DNA of 32,000 bases from Deinococcus radiodurans R1 = ATCC 13939 = DSM 20539 (GCF_000008565.1 NC_001263.1:341865-373864); one strand, 5' to 3'. Shown: positions 1 to 15,957, numbered from the stretch's first letter. Notes: a model not told the origin generated them from the sequence alone. A program made the numbers and translations.

Positions 1-131
1 TCGGTGTCCTTGGGCGCGGCCTGCGAGGCGGCCCCCTGCGTGGCGTTCTGCTGCGCGGGCGTGGTGGTGCCCTGGGCCAGGACTGGCGAGGCGAGCAGCA
101 ACGCGGTCAGGACGGCTTGGGCGCCCTTCAT
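1..131 (-). CDS. 5' part of a gene for a secreted protein (runs off the window); CcmH-like by position only
   Basis: ATG at 131 on the minus strand lies 11 nt after the ccmG stop and is preceded by AAGGGG. The translation MKGAQAVLTALLLASPVLAQGTTTPAQQNATQGAASQAAPKD has a clear signal peptide. No family motif is visible in the ~43 codons present. Confidence 0.4.
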   Translation of the reverse strand, partial: MKGAQAVLTALLLASPVLAQGTTTPAQQNATQGAASQAAPKDT

Positions 132-142
132 CCCCTTACCCT

Positions 143-705
143 TCATAACCCCGCCTGCTTCAGCGCCGCGCGCAACTCGGGTTCCTCGATGGGGCCGTCC
201 TTGATGTGCACGACTTTGCCCTGACCATCCACGATGAAGGTGATGGGCAGCTTCCCCACGCCGTAGCTGAGGGCCGTGCGCGAGCCGGGGTCGAGCAGCG
301 CGGGGTAAATCAGGCCGTACTGGTCCATGAACCTGCGGGCGTCCGCCGGCTGGTCGTTGTAGATGACGCCGAAAAACTCGGCCTTGCCCGCCGTCTCCTG
401 CGACAGTTTGGAAAACAGCGGCGCTTCCTGACGGCACGGCACGCACCACGACGCCCAGAAATTGATCACCACCGGCTTGCCCTGGGCCGCCGTGAGCGCG
501 TGCGTGCGCCCGCCGAGGTCTTCGAGCGCGAAGGCCGGCGCGGGCTTGCCGAGCAGCGCGGGGCCGCCCTCGGGATCGGGGGTGAACAGGCCGTAGGCGA
601 GCAGGCCGACCAGCCCGACCATCACGGCGGGGACAATCCAGCGGGTCCAGGAAGCGCGGCGCGGTTGGGGAGAAAGCGACGGGGAAGTAGGCGGAGTGGG
701 CGAAG

Positions 706-709
<4 letters not shown>
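143..709 (-). CDS. ccmG: Thiol:disulfide interchange protein CcmG/DsbE (thioredoxin fold, membrane anchored)
   Basis: It has the motif VINFWASWCVPCRQEAP (WCxxC) and an N-terminal TM helix WIVPAVMVGLVGLLAYGLF. I place the start at GTG 709, which overlaps the ccmF stop as GTGA (706-709). The ORF-track start at 865 would lie inside ccmF. Confidence 0.85.
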
Positions 710-2700
<1,991 letters not shown>

Positions 2701-2750
2701 GAGACTCCGTGGGGCAGCAATTTATAAGGGCTGAGGCTTGAGCTGTCTTC

Positions 2751-2845
2751 GACCCTCTCCCCTTGTGGGAAAGGGCCTTGCAAAACGAAGGGGTGACTTG
2801 CAAAGCTGCGGAGCAGAGGGGGCGTCCAGACCACTATCTTTCCCC
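2751..2845 (+). repeat. SNR/REP-like intergenic hairpin repeat, copy A (between ccmE and ccmF)
   Basis: GACCCTCTCCCCTTGTGGGAAAGGGCC...CGAAGGGGTGA. CCCTCTCCC can pair with GGGAAAGGG (8/9). It shares its head and the CGA(A)GGGGTGA core with the element at 7072-7130. Confidence 0.55.
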
Positions 2846-2859
2846 ACCGCCCCACCCTC

Positions 2860-3366
2860 TCAGGGCTTCGTGCTCTGGTCGTTGAGAATCTTCTTCAGGT
2901 CGTCCTGGCTGTACTGTCCCTCGCCCTTGCTGTCGGCGGCTTTGTACTCCTCCGAGTGCTTGACCAGCAGCGACTTGCCGTGAAAGACGCCCTGTTGCAT
3001 CTGGCCTTCCATGACCACCACGGCGTCGTTGCGGAACATGTCGGGCACCGCGCCCTGGTACTGCACCGGGTAGGCCACCTGCCCATCGGTCATGTTGAAT
3101 TTCAGCGCCAGGGTGTCGCGGTTGTAGACCACGTCCTTGGCGAGGCCACCCATCCGCAGCGTTTTGCCGGCGAACTTGGCGGTGTCCTGCTGGTACTCGC
3201 TCGGCAGCACGTAGTACACGAGGTTGCTGTTGGCGTTGCCGAGCACCATGTAACCGATCAGGCCCAGCACGGCGGCCCCAGCGACCAGGAGGGGCCAGCG
3301 GGGGCGTTCGCGCCGGCGAGCGGGAGGCAGCGGCGTTCCGGGCAGGCCGCTGGGCGCGGTGGTCAT
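2860..3366 (-). CDS. ccmE: Heme chaperone CcmE
   Basis: It has a single N-terminal TM helix and a C-terminal heme-binding HxxxY motif (LLVKHSEEY). ATG 3366 overlaps the ccmD stop (ATGA). Confidence 0.9.
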   Translation of the reverse strand: MTTAPSGLPGTPLPPARRRERPRWPLLVAGAAVLGLIGYMVLGNANSNLVYYVLPSEYQQDTAKFAGKTLRMGGLAKDVVYNRDTLALKFNMTDGQVAYPVQYQGAVPDMFRNDAVVVMEGQMQQGVFHGKSLLVKHSEEYKAADSKGEGQYSQDDLKKILNDQSTKP

Positions 3367-3491
3367 AACCTGTCCTCCTGCTCCAGCCGTCCCGCCTCCA
3401 ACCGCTTGAGGCGCGCGAGCATCCAGCCCACGTACCCGAAGAGGCTCACGAACGTCACGCCATAAACCCAGGCGACAAAAGTGGTGTACAT
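3363..3491 (-). CDS. ccmD: Heme exporter protein D (CcmD), 42 aa; not in the ORF track because it is under 60 aa
   Basis: My own translation from ATG 3491 is MYTTFVAWVYGVTFVSLFGYVGWMLARLKRLEAGRLEQEDRL*. This gives one TM helix plus a charged tail. It fills the ccmC-ccmE gap exactly and its stop overlaps the ccmE ATG. Confidence 0.7.
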   Translation of the reverse strand: MYTTFVAWVYGVTFVSLFGYVGWMLARLKRLEAGRLEQEDRL

Positions 3492-3492
3492 A

Positions 3493-4203
3493 TCAGACGC
3501 CTCCCTGACGGCTCAGGCCGCGCAACTCGGCTTCGTCGCGCGCGAGTTCGAGGGCTTCCTCGCGCTTGGCCAGAATGCCGCGCAGCCGCACCAGAAAGAA
3601 GTAAAGCACCGTAAACGCCGCCAGCATGGTGAAAAACGCCTGCAGCATTCGGGGGTCGGCGGCGAGTTCGAGTTTGCCCAGAATCTTGACGGTGGCGGTC
3701 TGGTGAATGCTGCGCCACCAGTAGACGCTCATGTAGTTGACGGGAATGTAAAGCGTGCCCACGATCCCCAGCACGGCGGCCACCCGGGCGCGGCGGTGCG
3801 GGTCGTCGATCAGGCCACGGATGATGAAGTACCCGAGGTAGATCAGCAGGCCCACGGCGGTGGTCGTCAGCCGGGGGTCCCAGGTCCAGTAGGTGCCCCA
3901 GGTCGGCTTGGCCCACAAGCTGCCGGAAAACAGCGCCAGCGCCGTCATCAGCACCCCGAGTTCGGCGCTCGCGGCGGCCATGCGGTCGAAGCGGGTGTCG
4001 CGCCGGACCAGGTAGATGAGGCTGTAGATCATGGTGCCGACATACGCCATGTAGCTCGTCCAGGCGGCGGGCACGTGCAGGTAATAAATCCGGACGAGTT
4101 CTTTCTGGTTCACGTCCGGCGGTGAGGCAAAAGCCAGATACAACCCGGCCAGCAGCAGCAGCAGGCTGAGTCCTCCAAGTGCAGCAGTCAGGCGGTCCTT
4201 CAT
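3493..4203 (-). CDS. ccmC: Heme exporter protein C (CcmC)
   Basis: A 236-aa polytopic membrane protein with the WWD motif WGTYWTWDPRLTT. It is the first gene of the ccm cluster. Confidence 0.9.
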   Translation of the reverse strand: MKDRLTAALGGLSLLLLLAGLYLAFASPPDVNQKELVRIYYLHVPAAWTSYMAYVGTMIYSLIYLVRRDTRFDRMAAASAELGVLMTALALFSGSLWAKPTWGTYWTWDPRLTTTAVGLLIYLGYFIIRGLIDDPHRRARVAAVLGIVGTLYIPVNYMSVYWWRSIHQTATVKILGKLELAADPRMLQAFFTMLAAFTVLYFFLVRLRGILAKREEALELARDEAELRGLSRQGGV

Positions 4204-4381
4204 AGGTCAAGCCCGAGTAGACCATGAATCGGTTAGGCATTTGTCTATGGGGCACTCATGCGGCGCGGCGGGCGGGGTGGCCCGGCTCCCTCAACTTCCG
4301 CTCAAGTTTCTGTGAGCTTCGTGATAGTGAATTTGCCGTACTGTACGCGCTCTAAGCGTGTTGGCTTACCCTGGTAAGCAC

Positions 4382-4410
4382 TTGCCTGAATGACGAAAAC
4401 TTGATATATT
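4382..4410 (+). promoter_or_regulatory. Candidate sigma-70-type promoter of lon
   Basis: -35 TTGCCT (4382-4387), a 17-nt spacer, then -10 TATATT (4405-4410), about 100 nt upstream of the lon ATG. Confidence 0.45.
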
Positions 4411-4420
4411 TGCACTCAGG
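4400..4420. promoter_or_regulatory. HAIR-like inverted repeat (candidate HspR operator) overlapping the lon -10 box
   Basis: CTTGATA-TATTTGC-ACTCAGG compared with the HAIR consensus CTTGAGT-N7-ACTCAAG. It matches 11/14 arm positions with exact 7-nt spacing. Confidence 0.5.
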
Positions 4421-4455
4421 TTTTTTGGTAAGACATCTTTTTGGGCTCCAGGCCC

Positions 4456-4476
4456 CCTTGCCAAGCCACCCCTTCG
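4456..4476 (-). repeat. Partial, inverted copy of the SNR-like element core inside the lon 5' leader
   Basis: The reverse complement CGAAGGGGTGGCTTGGCAAGG aligns with CGAAGGGGTGACTTGCAAAG at 2786-2805 (about 18/20 with one indel). Confidence 0.3.
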
Positions 4477-4512
4477 CGACGGCCCCCTGCGGGTCAAAAG
4501 GAGCGTCAACGG

Positions 4513-6978
<2,466 letters not shown>

Positions 6979-7000
6979 GCCTCGCTGAGCAGTAAAACAA

Positions 7001-7033
7001 CTCCCTCACCGTGATGGTGGGGGAGCTTTTTTT
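7001..7033 (+). terminator. Intrinsic terminator of lon
   Basis: CTCCCTCACC / GGTGGGGGAG stem (9/10) with loop GTGAT, followed by CTTTTTTTGG. Confidence 0.8.
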
Positions 7034-7071
7034 GGCTTAGAGCATTGGATAAAAGAATGCCCTGTATTTTT

Positions 7072-7130
7072 GACCCTCTACCTTGATGGGAGAGGGGCTC
7101 GCGCAGCGAGGGGTGAGGGTGTCTTTTCCT
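7072..7130 (+). repeat. SNR/REP-like intergenic hairpin repeat, copy B
   Basis: GACCCTCTACCTTGATGGGAGAGGGGC...GCGAGGGGTGAGGGTGTCTTTTCC. CCCTCTACC pairs with GGGAGAGGG (8/9). It has the same orientation and head as copy A. Confidence 0.55.
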
Positions 7131-7166
7131 GTCAAATGTTCTAGTTTCTCTACGGAAAGTGTCAGC

Positions 7167-8882
7167 TCACTGTACCGGCACCCGCGCGTACTCGCCCCCG
7201 TCGCGCCGGATGATGAACACGGCGTTGCCCTGCACCTGAATCGGCGCCTGAGCGCGGCGGCTTGCCACCTGACCGGCAGGCACCCCCGGCATAATTTCGC
7301 GCTCGCCGCTGGCGTCTTGCACCGTGATGGAGTAGATGCCGGCGGGCAGTTCGGCGGGGAAGGTGTAGTTCAGGTTGACCTGCCGGGGGGTGGTGTCCAC
7401 AGCAGGCGGAGCCGCCGTATCGGGCGCTGGGGTCGTGCCGGGCTGCGTCCCCGGTTGTGTGGACGGCTGGCCCTGGGTGGGGGGCGTCTGCTCGGGCGCG
7501 GTGATCGGCTCGGGTGGCGGTGGGGGCACGTAGGGTGGGGGAATCGGGAGCGGCTCGGTGGGCACGCTGGGCGGCGCGGTGCGGACCCCAGCAATCACCA
7601 ATTTGACCTTGCTGCCGACCGTCACGTTGGCCCAGGGGGCGGGCTCCTGCGAGAGCACGGTGTTTTCGGTCTTGTCACTGGGTTCACGGCTCCAGTCGGT
7701 GACGACCAGCCCGGCGGCCCGTGCCCAGTCGCGCGCCTGCTCGAACGTCATGCCGCGCAGGTCGGGAATGAACGTTTCCTCGCTGCGGACGCCGGTACTC
7801 ACGAGCACCTGCACCGGCACGCTGCGCTGGGTGGAGGCGCCGGCGGGCGGAATCTGGGCGATGATGCGGCCTTCGGGCGTGCGCGTCTGGGTGCCGTCCA
7901 CCCGAATCACCTTGCCGAGTTTCAGGGCGCTGTCGCCCAGCGGCCCCTGCGCCTGGGTCAGCGTCATGTCCTCGACCTTGGGCACGGTCAGCGGCGCCGG
8001 TTTGTTGACGGTCAGGACGACTAAGCGGCCCGTGGGCAGCGAAGTGCCCCCGTCGGGTTCCTGGCGAATGACCACGCCGATGGGCTGGTTGCCGTTCTCA
8101 CCGTAGGCGTACTCGACCCGGAAGCCCTTTTTCGTCAGGGCGCGGGCGGCGTCGGCGGCGGGCTGCGAGATCACGTTGGACACCTCGCCCACCGGCGGGT
8201 TGAGGTAAACCTTGGCGGCCTGCGCGCCCAGCCAGCTCGCCCCAGCCAGGAACACCAGCCCCGGCACGAAGGTCAGCCAGGCGCCGGGCCGCCGCTCGCG
8301 CTTGCGTTTGACCTTGCCGTCACGCAGGTCACCGAGCACGCCCGCGTTGAGCGTGGCTATCTGCTCGGGCGTGCGGGGGGGCACCGGGCGCAGGTACGCC
8401 ACCTGTGGCTGGTCGCCCTGAAGCACGATGTCGGCGTCGCTCAGGGCAAAGCCCGCGTCGGCCAGCCGGGTGCCGAGTGCCTCGACCGCCTCGATCATTT
8501 CCTGGCGTTTGGTGGGCTGCGCGGCGACCTCGGCGAGCGGGGTGCCCGGCACGTCCTGCCACACCGCGTAGTACGCGCCGGGGCGGGCCACCACGTCGGT
8601 CAGCCCGGCGGGGGCCGCCGTCCGCAGCGCCGTGCGGTAAGCGTGAAAGCTCTGGCGCTCGGCGGGGGTCTGCACCTCGAACCAGGCCACCCGCCGGGTC
8701 ACGCCCTCGGCGGCGCGGACCTCGTAGAGTGTCACGTTGCCCGCGCGCGACAGCTCGCGCAGCACCTGATACTTGCCGTCGATAGGCTGAGTCGGCAGCG
8801 CCGGCGTCGGCGTGGGCTGCGTCTGGGAAGGCTCGGGCGCCGCGCCCTGGCCCGCTGGTTTGGAGGAATCCGGCCCGGTCAT
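7167..8882 (-). CDS. Single-pass membrane protein: truncated kinase-like (pseudokinase) head, TM helix, three PASTA domains, Pro-rich linker, C-terminal beta-rich domain
   Basis: aa 34-165 follow the Ser/Thr-kinase N-lobe pattern (IDGKYQVLRELSRAGNVTLYEV..RRVAWFEV) but lack the GxGxxG loop, the VAIK lysine, HRD/N and DFG. The TM helix is AWLTFVPGLVFLAGASWLGAQAA. There are three PASTA-like units of about 65 aa (for example IPDLRGMTFEQARDWARAAGLVVTDWSREPSDKTENTVLSQEP). The linker contains PPPYVPPPPPEP. Confidence 0.75.
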   Translation of the reverse strand: MTGPDSSKPAGQGAAPEPSQTQPTPTPALPTQPIDGKYQVLRELSRAGNVTLYEVRAAEGVTRRVAWFEVQTPAERQSFHAYRTALRTAAPAGLTDVVARPGAYYAVWQDVPGTPLAEVAAQPTKRQEMIEAVEALGTRLADAGFALSDADIVLQGDQPQVAYLRPVPPRTPEQIATLNAGVLGDLRDGKVKRKRERRPGAWLTFVPGLVFLAGASWLGAQAAKVYLNPPVGEVSNVISQPAADAARALTKKGFRVEYAYGENGNQPIGVVIRQEPDGGTSLPTGRLVVLTVNKPAPLTVPKVEDMTLTQAQGPLGDSALKLGKVIRVDGTQTRTPEGRIIAQIPPAGASTQRSVPVQVLVSTGVRSEETFIPDLRGMTFEQARDWARAAGLVVTDWSREPSDKTENTVLSQEPAPWANVTVGSKVKLVIAGVRTAPPSVPTEPLPIPPPYVPPPPPEPITAPEQTPPTQGQPSTQPGTQPGTTPAPDTAAPPAVDTTPRQVNLNYTFPAELPAGIYSITVQDASGEREIMPGVPAGQVASRRAQAPIQVQGNAVFIIRRDGGEYARVPVQ

Positions 8883-8943
8883 GCACCGCGCAGCATAGCG
8901 CAGCCGCAGGCCCCGCCGCCCCGCGCCCCCAGAATTCGGCCTG

Positions 8944-9591
8944 TCAACCGAGCAGCCCCGCCACCCCGCTCACCGTCACGGCGATGATGACCACGCTGAA
9001 AAAGTACGACAGCGCCGCGTGCGCCAGCAGCAACCGGCGCATTTCACGGGTGTCGAGGTTGGTGTCGCTGACCTGATACGTCATGCCGATGGTCAGCGAC
9101 AGGTACAGAAAGTCGAAGTAATCGGGGTTGGGCAGCGGGTCGTCGGTGCCGCGCTGAATAAAACGGATGCCCGCACCATCGGAATAGAAGCGCCGGGCGT
9201 AGTGCAGTGTGTACTCGGCCTGCACGAGCAGCCACGACAGCGCCACCGTCAGCACCGCCAGCCCGGTCAGCAGGTAGGCCTGAAGGCCGTGGCTGTGGTT
9301 GGCCTGCCCCAGCGTGACGAACACGCCGACCAGACTGACCAGCGTGGCCGCCAGCGTCAGCGCCGCTGCCAGCGCCCGGGTGTCGTCCTCGCGCGTGGCG
9401 TGCCGGGTCACGTCCTCGGGCGAAAAGCCCAGCAGGGGCAGCAGCCGCAGCAGGTTGACCGCGCAAAACACGTTCCAGCCGAGCAGCGCCCGCGCTTCCC
9501 ACGGCCAGCCGTGCGGCAACAGCAGGGCAAGAACCAGTCCCAGCCCCGCCCCGAGCAGCAACCGGGACGCGGAGACAGCAGAGTGCGGCAT
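8944..9591 (-). CDS. DUF1345-family integral membrane protein
   Basis: It has multiple TM helices and the motif [19 protein letters not shown], typical of DUF1345. I prefer the start at ATG 9591 (MPHSAV...) because TATCAT lies 6 nt upstream. The ORF-track start is 9627. Confidence 0.7.
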   Translation of the reverse strand: MPHSAVSASRLLLGAGLGLVLALLLPHGWPWEARALLGWNVFCAVNLLRLLPLLGFSPEDVTRHATREDDTRALAAALTLAATLVSLVGVFVTLGQANHSHGLQAYLLTGLAVLTVALSWLLVQAEYTLHYARRFYSDGAGIRFIQRGTDDPLPNPDYFDFLYLSLTIGMTYQVSDTNLDTREMRRLLLAHAALSYFFSVVIIAVTVSGVAGLLG

Positions 9592-9623
9592 GGCGCCATG
9601 ATAGGCAGGCGAGCGAAGAGGCG

Positions 9624-9656
9624 ACAAAAAAACCGCCCGCTGTCACGCGGACGGTT
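9624..9656 (-). terminator. Intrinsic terminator directly after the RGG-tail reading frame of rnr
   Basis: The minus strand reads AACCGTCCGC-GTGACA-GCGGGCGGTT (9/10 stem) followed by TTTTTTGTCG. It begins 16 nt after the TAA at 9672-9674. Confidence 0.8.
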
Positions 9657-9671
9657 GCTATCAGAGGAGGC

Positions 9672-12603
<2,932 letters not shown>

Positions 12604-12974
12604 CGGGCGCCCAAGCTTGCGCAGTGCGCGACGAGCAGCCGCTCCTCGTCGGGAATGTTCGCAAAGTCTTCGTCGGTGTCCTCCGCGGGGGCCTGTTCCT
12701 GCGGCGCCGCGTCTTGCCGCTCGGCTCGCCTTTCCTTGCGGTTCTTGCGGCTCTGGCGCGGTTCGGAATCGGAGGTCGAGTCAGGTTCAGGGGCAGCGGG
12801 CGTCGCCTCATCCTCGACAGCCAATGCCGAATCCACGGTGGGCACGGCAGCTTCCGCCTCGTGGGCGACGGTCAGCGTTGGGGCTGGGGCTTCTGCGTTT
12901 TCCAGCGTTTCCACATCCACGGCTTCGACGCCGTCGAGCACATCACTCAGCGGAGCAGGCTCAGCAGCAACGGC

Positions 12975-13649
12975 CTTGCGGCGGCCCCGGCGTTTGGGGG
13001 CGGGCGCTTCGGTCGGTGCCTGTTCCTGTTCTTGCGGCTCGCTGACCTCCTGTGGCGCCGTCGCGTCCAGCACGGGGGAGAGGGCGGCTTCTGCGCTGTC
13101 CTCGGTGGTCGGCTCTGCGGGAGCCTGCGCCCTGGGCTTGCGGCCCCGGCGGGGCTTGGGGGCCTCGGCGGCTTCCTGTGTCTCGGCGGTCAGCTCCGCG
13201 GAGGGCTGCTCGGGAGCGGCGGGTGCCTTTGGCTTGCGCCCACGTTTGGCCGGCGCTGGCGCGGGTTCGCTCACGGCTTCCGGCTCAGCCGCAGCAGCGG
13301 GTGTTTCTTCTACTTCTTCAACCGGCGCTGTCGCTGCCTGAGCTTTGGGCTTGCGGCCCCGGCGCTTGGGCGCGGGAGCTTTGGGCTGCTCGGCGCTGGC
13401 GGCGACTTCGGCAGGCCCTTCGTCCACGTTGGCCGTTGCTTTTGGCTTGCGGCTCCGCCTGGGTTTAGGGGCGGCGGGAGCCTCAGAAACCTCGGGTTCA
13501 GTGTCGGCAGATTCGGCAGTGCCAGCGTTTGCGAGCACAGGCTCAGCGCTTTCTTCAGGCGCGGCTTTGGGCTGGCGGCCCCGTTTGGGAGCGGGGGTGG
13601 TTTCAGACTCGGGAGCGGGGGCAGCGCTGCGGCTGCGGCCCGTTTTCCG
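12975..13649 (-). repeat. Dispersed in-frame coding repeats (7 copies) encoding AP(K)(P)RRGRKPKA-type motifs
   Basis: The motifs are RKTGRSR, KRGRQPK, KPRRSRKPK, KRRGRKPK, KRGRKPK, KPRRGRKPR and KRRGRRK, spaced 33-54 aa apart. At the DNA level they appear as recurring CTTGCGGCCCCGGCG-like strings. Confidence 0.8.
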
Positions 13650-14074
13650 GGGGGCGGCGTCCGCCGCAGTGGGGGCGGAGGGGGTCCGCCGACTCTTGGT
13701 CTTCTCGCTGGGCGCGGGGGTCGGGGTCTCGCTCGGCGTGGTCCCTTCGGGGGTCACGGGGAGCAGAGAGTCGGCCACGGCGTCCTTTTTCCTCTGTTTT
13801 GGCATTTATGCACCTAGGTCGCATCAGGACGCGCCCGTATCTGTTGTTGTCGCGGCGCTGCCGGTCTTCGGCTTCGCTTCACATTGCCGCGTCATTTACG
13901 GGCGCTGGTTTCTCGCTTGACTCGGGCTTCCTCGCGCCAGTTTGCCCACGGCCCTTGACGGCTTACTCTCTGTGGGGGCGCAACGTGGTGAAACCCGGTA
14001 GCACCGTCAGCTTAGCACGGCGGCCTGACGCGGGTCTTTACGCATTCTGGCGGGTACTGGGGAGAAGGTAGGGT

Positions 14075-14860
14075 TCATTCAGATTCCAGCTCCACCCACC
14101 CGGTCAGCGGCGCGTGGTCGCTCAGCCGCACCGAGCGGTCTGACCGCACGCCGGACACCCGGACGCCCGCCGAGAGCAGGTAATCGATGCGCCACCCGAC
14201 GTTGTTGGCGTAGGCATTGGCGCGGTTGCTCCACCAGGTGTACTCGGCTTCTTCGCCGAGGCAGTCGCGGTGGCAGTCCACCAGTCCGGCGGCGAGGTGC
14301 GCGGTCATCCACGTGCGCTCGTGGGGCAGGAAACCGCTGTTTTTCTGGTTGCTGCGCCAGTTCTTGAGGTCGATTTCGCGGTGGGCGATGTTGTAGTCGC
14401 CGCCGATGACGACCGGCTCCCCCGCCGCGAGCAGCTCCGATACCCACGCCTGGTAGTCGGCCAGCACGCGGTCCTTGAAGCCCTGGCGCGCCTCGCCGGA
14501 GCTGCCGCTCGGCAGGTACACGCTGACAAAGCGCACGCCCGCCACCACCGCGCTGACGACGCGGCCCTCGGCGTCCATCTCGTCGTGGGGCATGCCCAGG
14601 CGCACGTCTTTCAGCGGCAGACGCGAGAGGATGGCGACGCCGCTGTAGCCCGCCTTCTGCGCGGGAAACCATGCCGAGTGGTAGCCGGGCAACGCGTCCG
14701 GCATCGGCTCAGCGCGGACTTCTTGCAGAAGCAGCACGTCGGGTTGGTTGCTTTCCACCCAGTCGGCCAGGCCCTTACGCAGCGCACTTCGCAGGCCGTT
14801 GACATTGAAGGTGGTGACTTTAAGAGGGCCGGTGAGGGGGGGAGCGGCGGGGGCAGACAT
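14075..14860 (-). CDS. xth: Exodeoxyribonuclease III / AP endonuclease
   Basis: LKVTTFNVNGLRSA...DVLLLQEVRA...GGDYNIAHREIDL...RIDYLL...LSDHAPL. I prefer the start at ATG 14860 (MSAPAAPP) with TATGGT 8 nt upstream. The ORF-track start is 14926. Confidence 0.9.
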   Translation of the reverse strand: MSAPAAPPLTGPLKVTTFNVNGLRSALRKGLADWVESNQPDVLLLQEVRAEPMPDALPGYHSAWFPAQKAGYSGVAILSRLPLKDVRLGMPHDEMDAEGRVVSAVVAGVRFVSVYLPSGSSGEARQGFKDRVLADYQAWVSELLAAGEPVVIGGDYNIAHREIDLKNWRSNQKNSGFLPHERTWMTAHLAAGLVDCHRDCLGEEAEYTWWSNRANAYANNVGWRIDYLLSAGVRVSGVRSDRSVRLSDHAPLTGWVELESE

Positions 14861-14984
14861 CGGCGCCGACCATAGCGCGTGGCTGCTCTGACTCCCAGGA
14901 ACCTGGGCTGGGGCAAGGAGGCTCAAGACCCGTTTACCGTTTGTTGACCGCTGCCGGATGCGCCAGGGCTAAGCTGCCCTCACT

Positions 14985-15293
14985 ATGGCCGACATCAAGT
15001 TCATGAACGAGTCCGACGGGCAGGAATTCCAGATGACCCACCCAAAAGCAGCCCGCGTCTTGCAAGACATCCGGGCGTGGGCGGCGGGCAACGACTTCAG
15101 CCGCGTGGTCTTCTGGCGCGACGCCGACGACGCCCACAAGCTGTGGGTGCAGCTCGGGGACGACCGGCTCAACTACTGGATTCACGACTCCACCTTTACC
15201 GAGGGCAAGCACGAAACGGTGGAAATGCAGATGGACTACGCCCGGGGTGCCCAGCGGCGCAGCGCGGCGGGGTTCGGCAAGTTCGACAAGTAG
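14985..15293 (+). CDS. Hypothetical cytoplasmic protein, 102 aa
   Basis: Clean ORF with a high-GC3 codon pattern (MADIKFMNESDGQEFQMTHPKAARVLQDIRAW...). I recognise no family. Confidence 0.6.
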   Translation: MADIKFMNESDGQEFQMTHPKAARVLQDIRAWAAGNDFSRVVFWRDADDAHKLWVQLGDDRLNYWIHDSTFTEGKHETVEMQMDYARGAQRRSAAGFGKFDK

Positions 15294-15296
15294 GGG

Positions 15297-15326
15297 AGAA
15301 AAGGAGCGGAGAAGCTCTCTTTTTCT
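15297..15326. terminator. AT-rich hairpin between convergent genes (possible bidirectional terminator)
   Basis: AGAAAAGGAG-N10-CTCTTTTTCT (9/10 stem). It overlaps the methyltransferase stop codon. Confidence 0.4.
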
Positions 15327-15957
15327 ATGACTTGACGGCGATATAGACGCACAGATGCAGCCGGTCAGTGATGGGAAACCGCGCGGGGTTGATGGTCAGG
15401 CGCAGGCCATAGCTCTCCACCAGAGCCTCAGCATTATCAGCGGTCAGCGTGACGGGCAGGCGCACGTCCAGTCGCCAGGCGGGGTGTCCGGCAGCCTGCA
15501 ACGCTTCGCGCAGGGCGTTGTCCGGGCCGTTGGCCGAGGTTGGGCGCCCCAGCGCTCGCCACGTTCCGGCGAGGTGGTCGGCTCCCTGCGCTGCCAGCAC
15601 GAGTTGCCCGCCGGGGCGCAGGACTCGCCACGCTTCGGCCAGCGCCCGCGCCGGGTCCGGCAGGTGGGCCAGCACCCGTACCAGCAGGGCCACATCGAAA
15701 GTGCCGTCGGGAAAGGGCAGCGCCTCGGCCTGTCCTGCCGTCACCCCCAGGCCGGGTATAGGGTCCACGCCCACCGCCCGGCCTGTGTGTCCGCGCCACG
15801 CCAGCGCACCCAGCCCATGCCCGGCCCCCGCGCCGATGTCGAGCACGTCGAGTTCGGGGGCGAGATTCAGGGCGTCCAGCAGTGGCTCATACGGCCAGCG
15901 TTGTCCGCTCAGGCGCGTGAGCAGGGCGTCACGGGCGGCGGGGTCGGCCCCGGCTAT
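15325..15957 (-). CDS. Class I SAM-dependent methyltransferase (Methyltransf_11-like); start codon unresolved
   Basis: Motif I is VLDIGAGAGHG, followed by ALPFPDGTFDVALLVRVLAHLPD and LRPGGQLVL. There is no in-frame ATG/GTG/TTG between the algH-family stop (15954-15956) and motif I. Only CTG 15924 and ATA 15957 are in frame. The remaining 726-aa ORF-track call is a high-GC artefact. Confidence 0.7.
   Translation of the reverse strand: MAGADPAARDALLTRLSGQRWPYEPLLDALNLAPELDVLDIGAGAGHGLGALAWRGHTGRAVGVDPIPGLGVTAGQAEALPFPDGTFDVALLVRVLAHLPDPARALAEAWRVLRPGGQLVLAAQGADHLAGTWRALGRPTSANGPDNALREALQAAGHPAWRLDVRLPVTLTADNAEALVESYGLRLTINPARFPITDRLHLCVYIAVKS

Noticed and set aside
4337-4347. Perfect 11-bp palindrome CGTACTGTACG in the ccmC/lon divergent region.
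   Set aside because: It is short enough to occur by chance. It matches no operator consensus I know (not HAIR, CIRCE or RDRM) and overlaps no recognisable promoter element.
12975-13649. Periodic DNA repeats (CTTGCGGCCCCGGCG-like) that might be taken for a CRISPR-like or tandem repeat array.
   Set aside because: The repeats are imperfect, irregularly spaced (about 100-160 nt) and all in one reading frame encoding the RGRKPK motifs. They are coding repeats within the rnr extension, not an array.
14030-14060. Possible radiation/desiccation response motif (RDRM) near xth/rnr (TTACGCATTCTGGCGGGTA).
   Set aside because: Only the left half-site resembles the palindromic RDRM. The right half does not (GGCGGG instead of a GCGTAA-like arm). 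I found no convincing RDRM elsewhere in the intergenic regions either.
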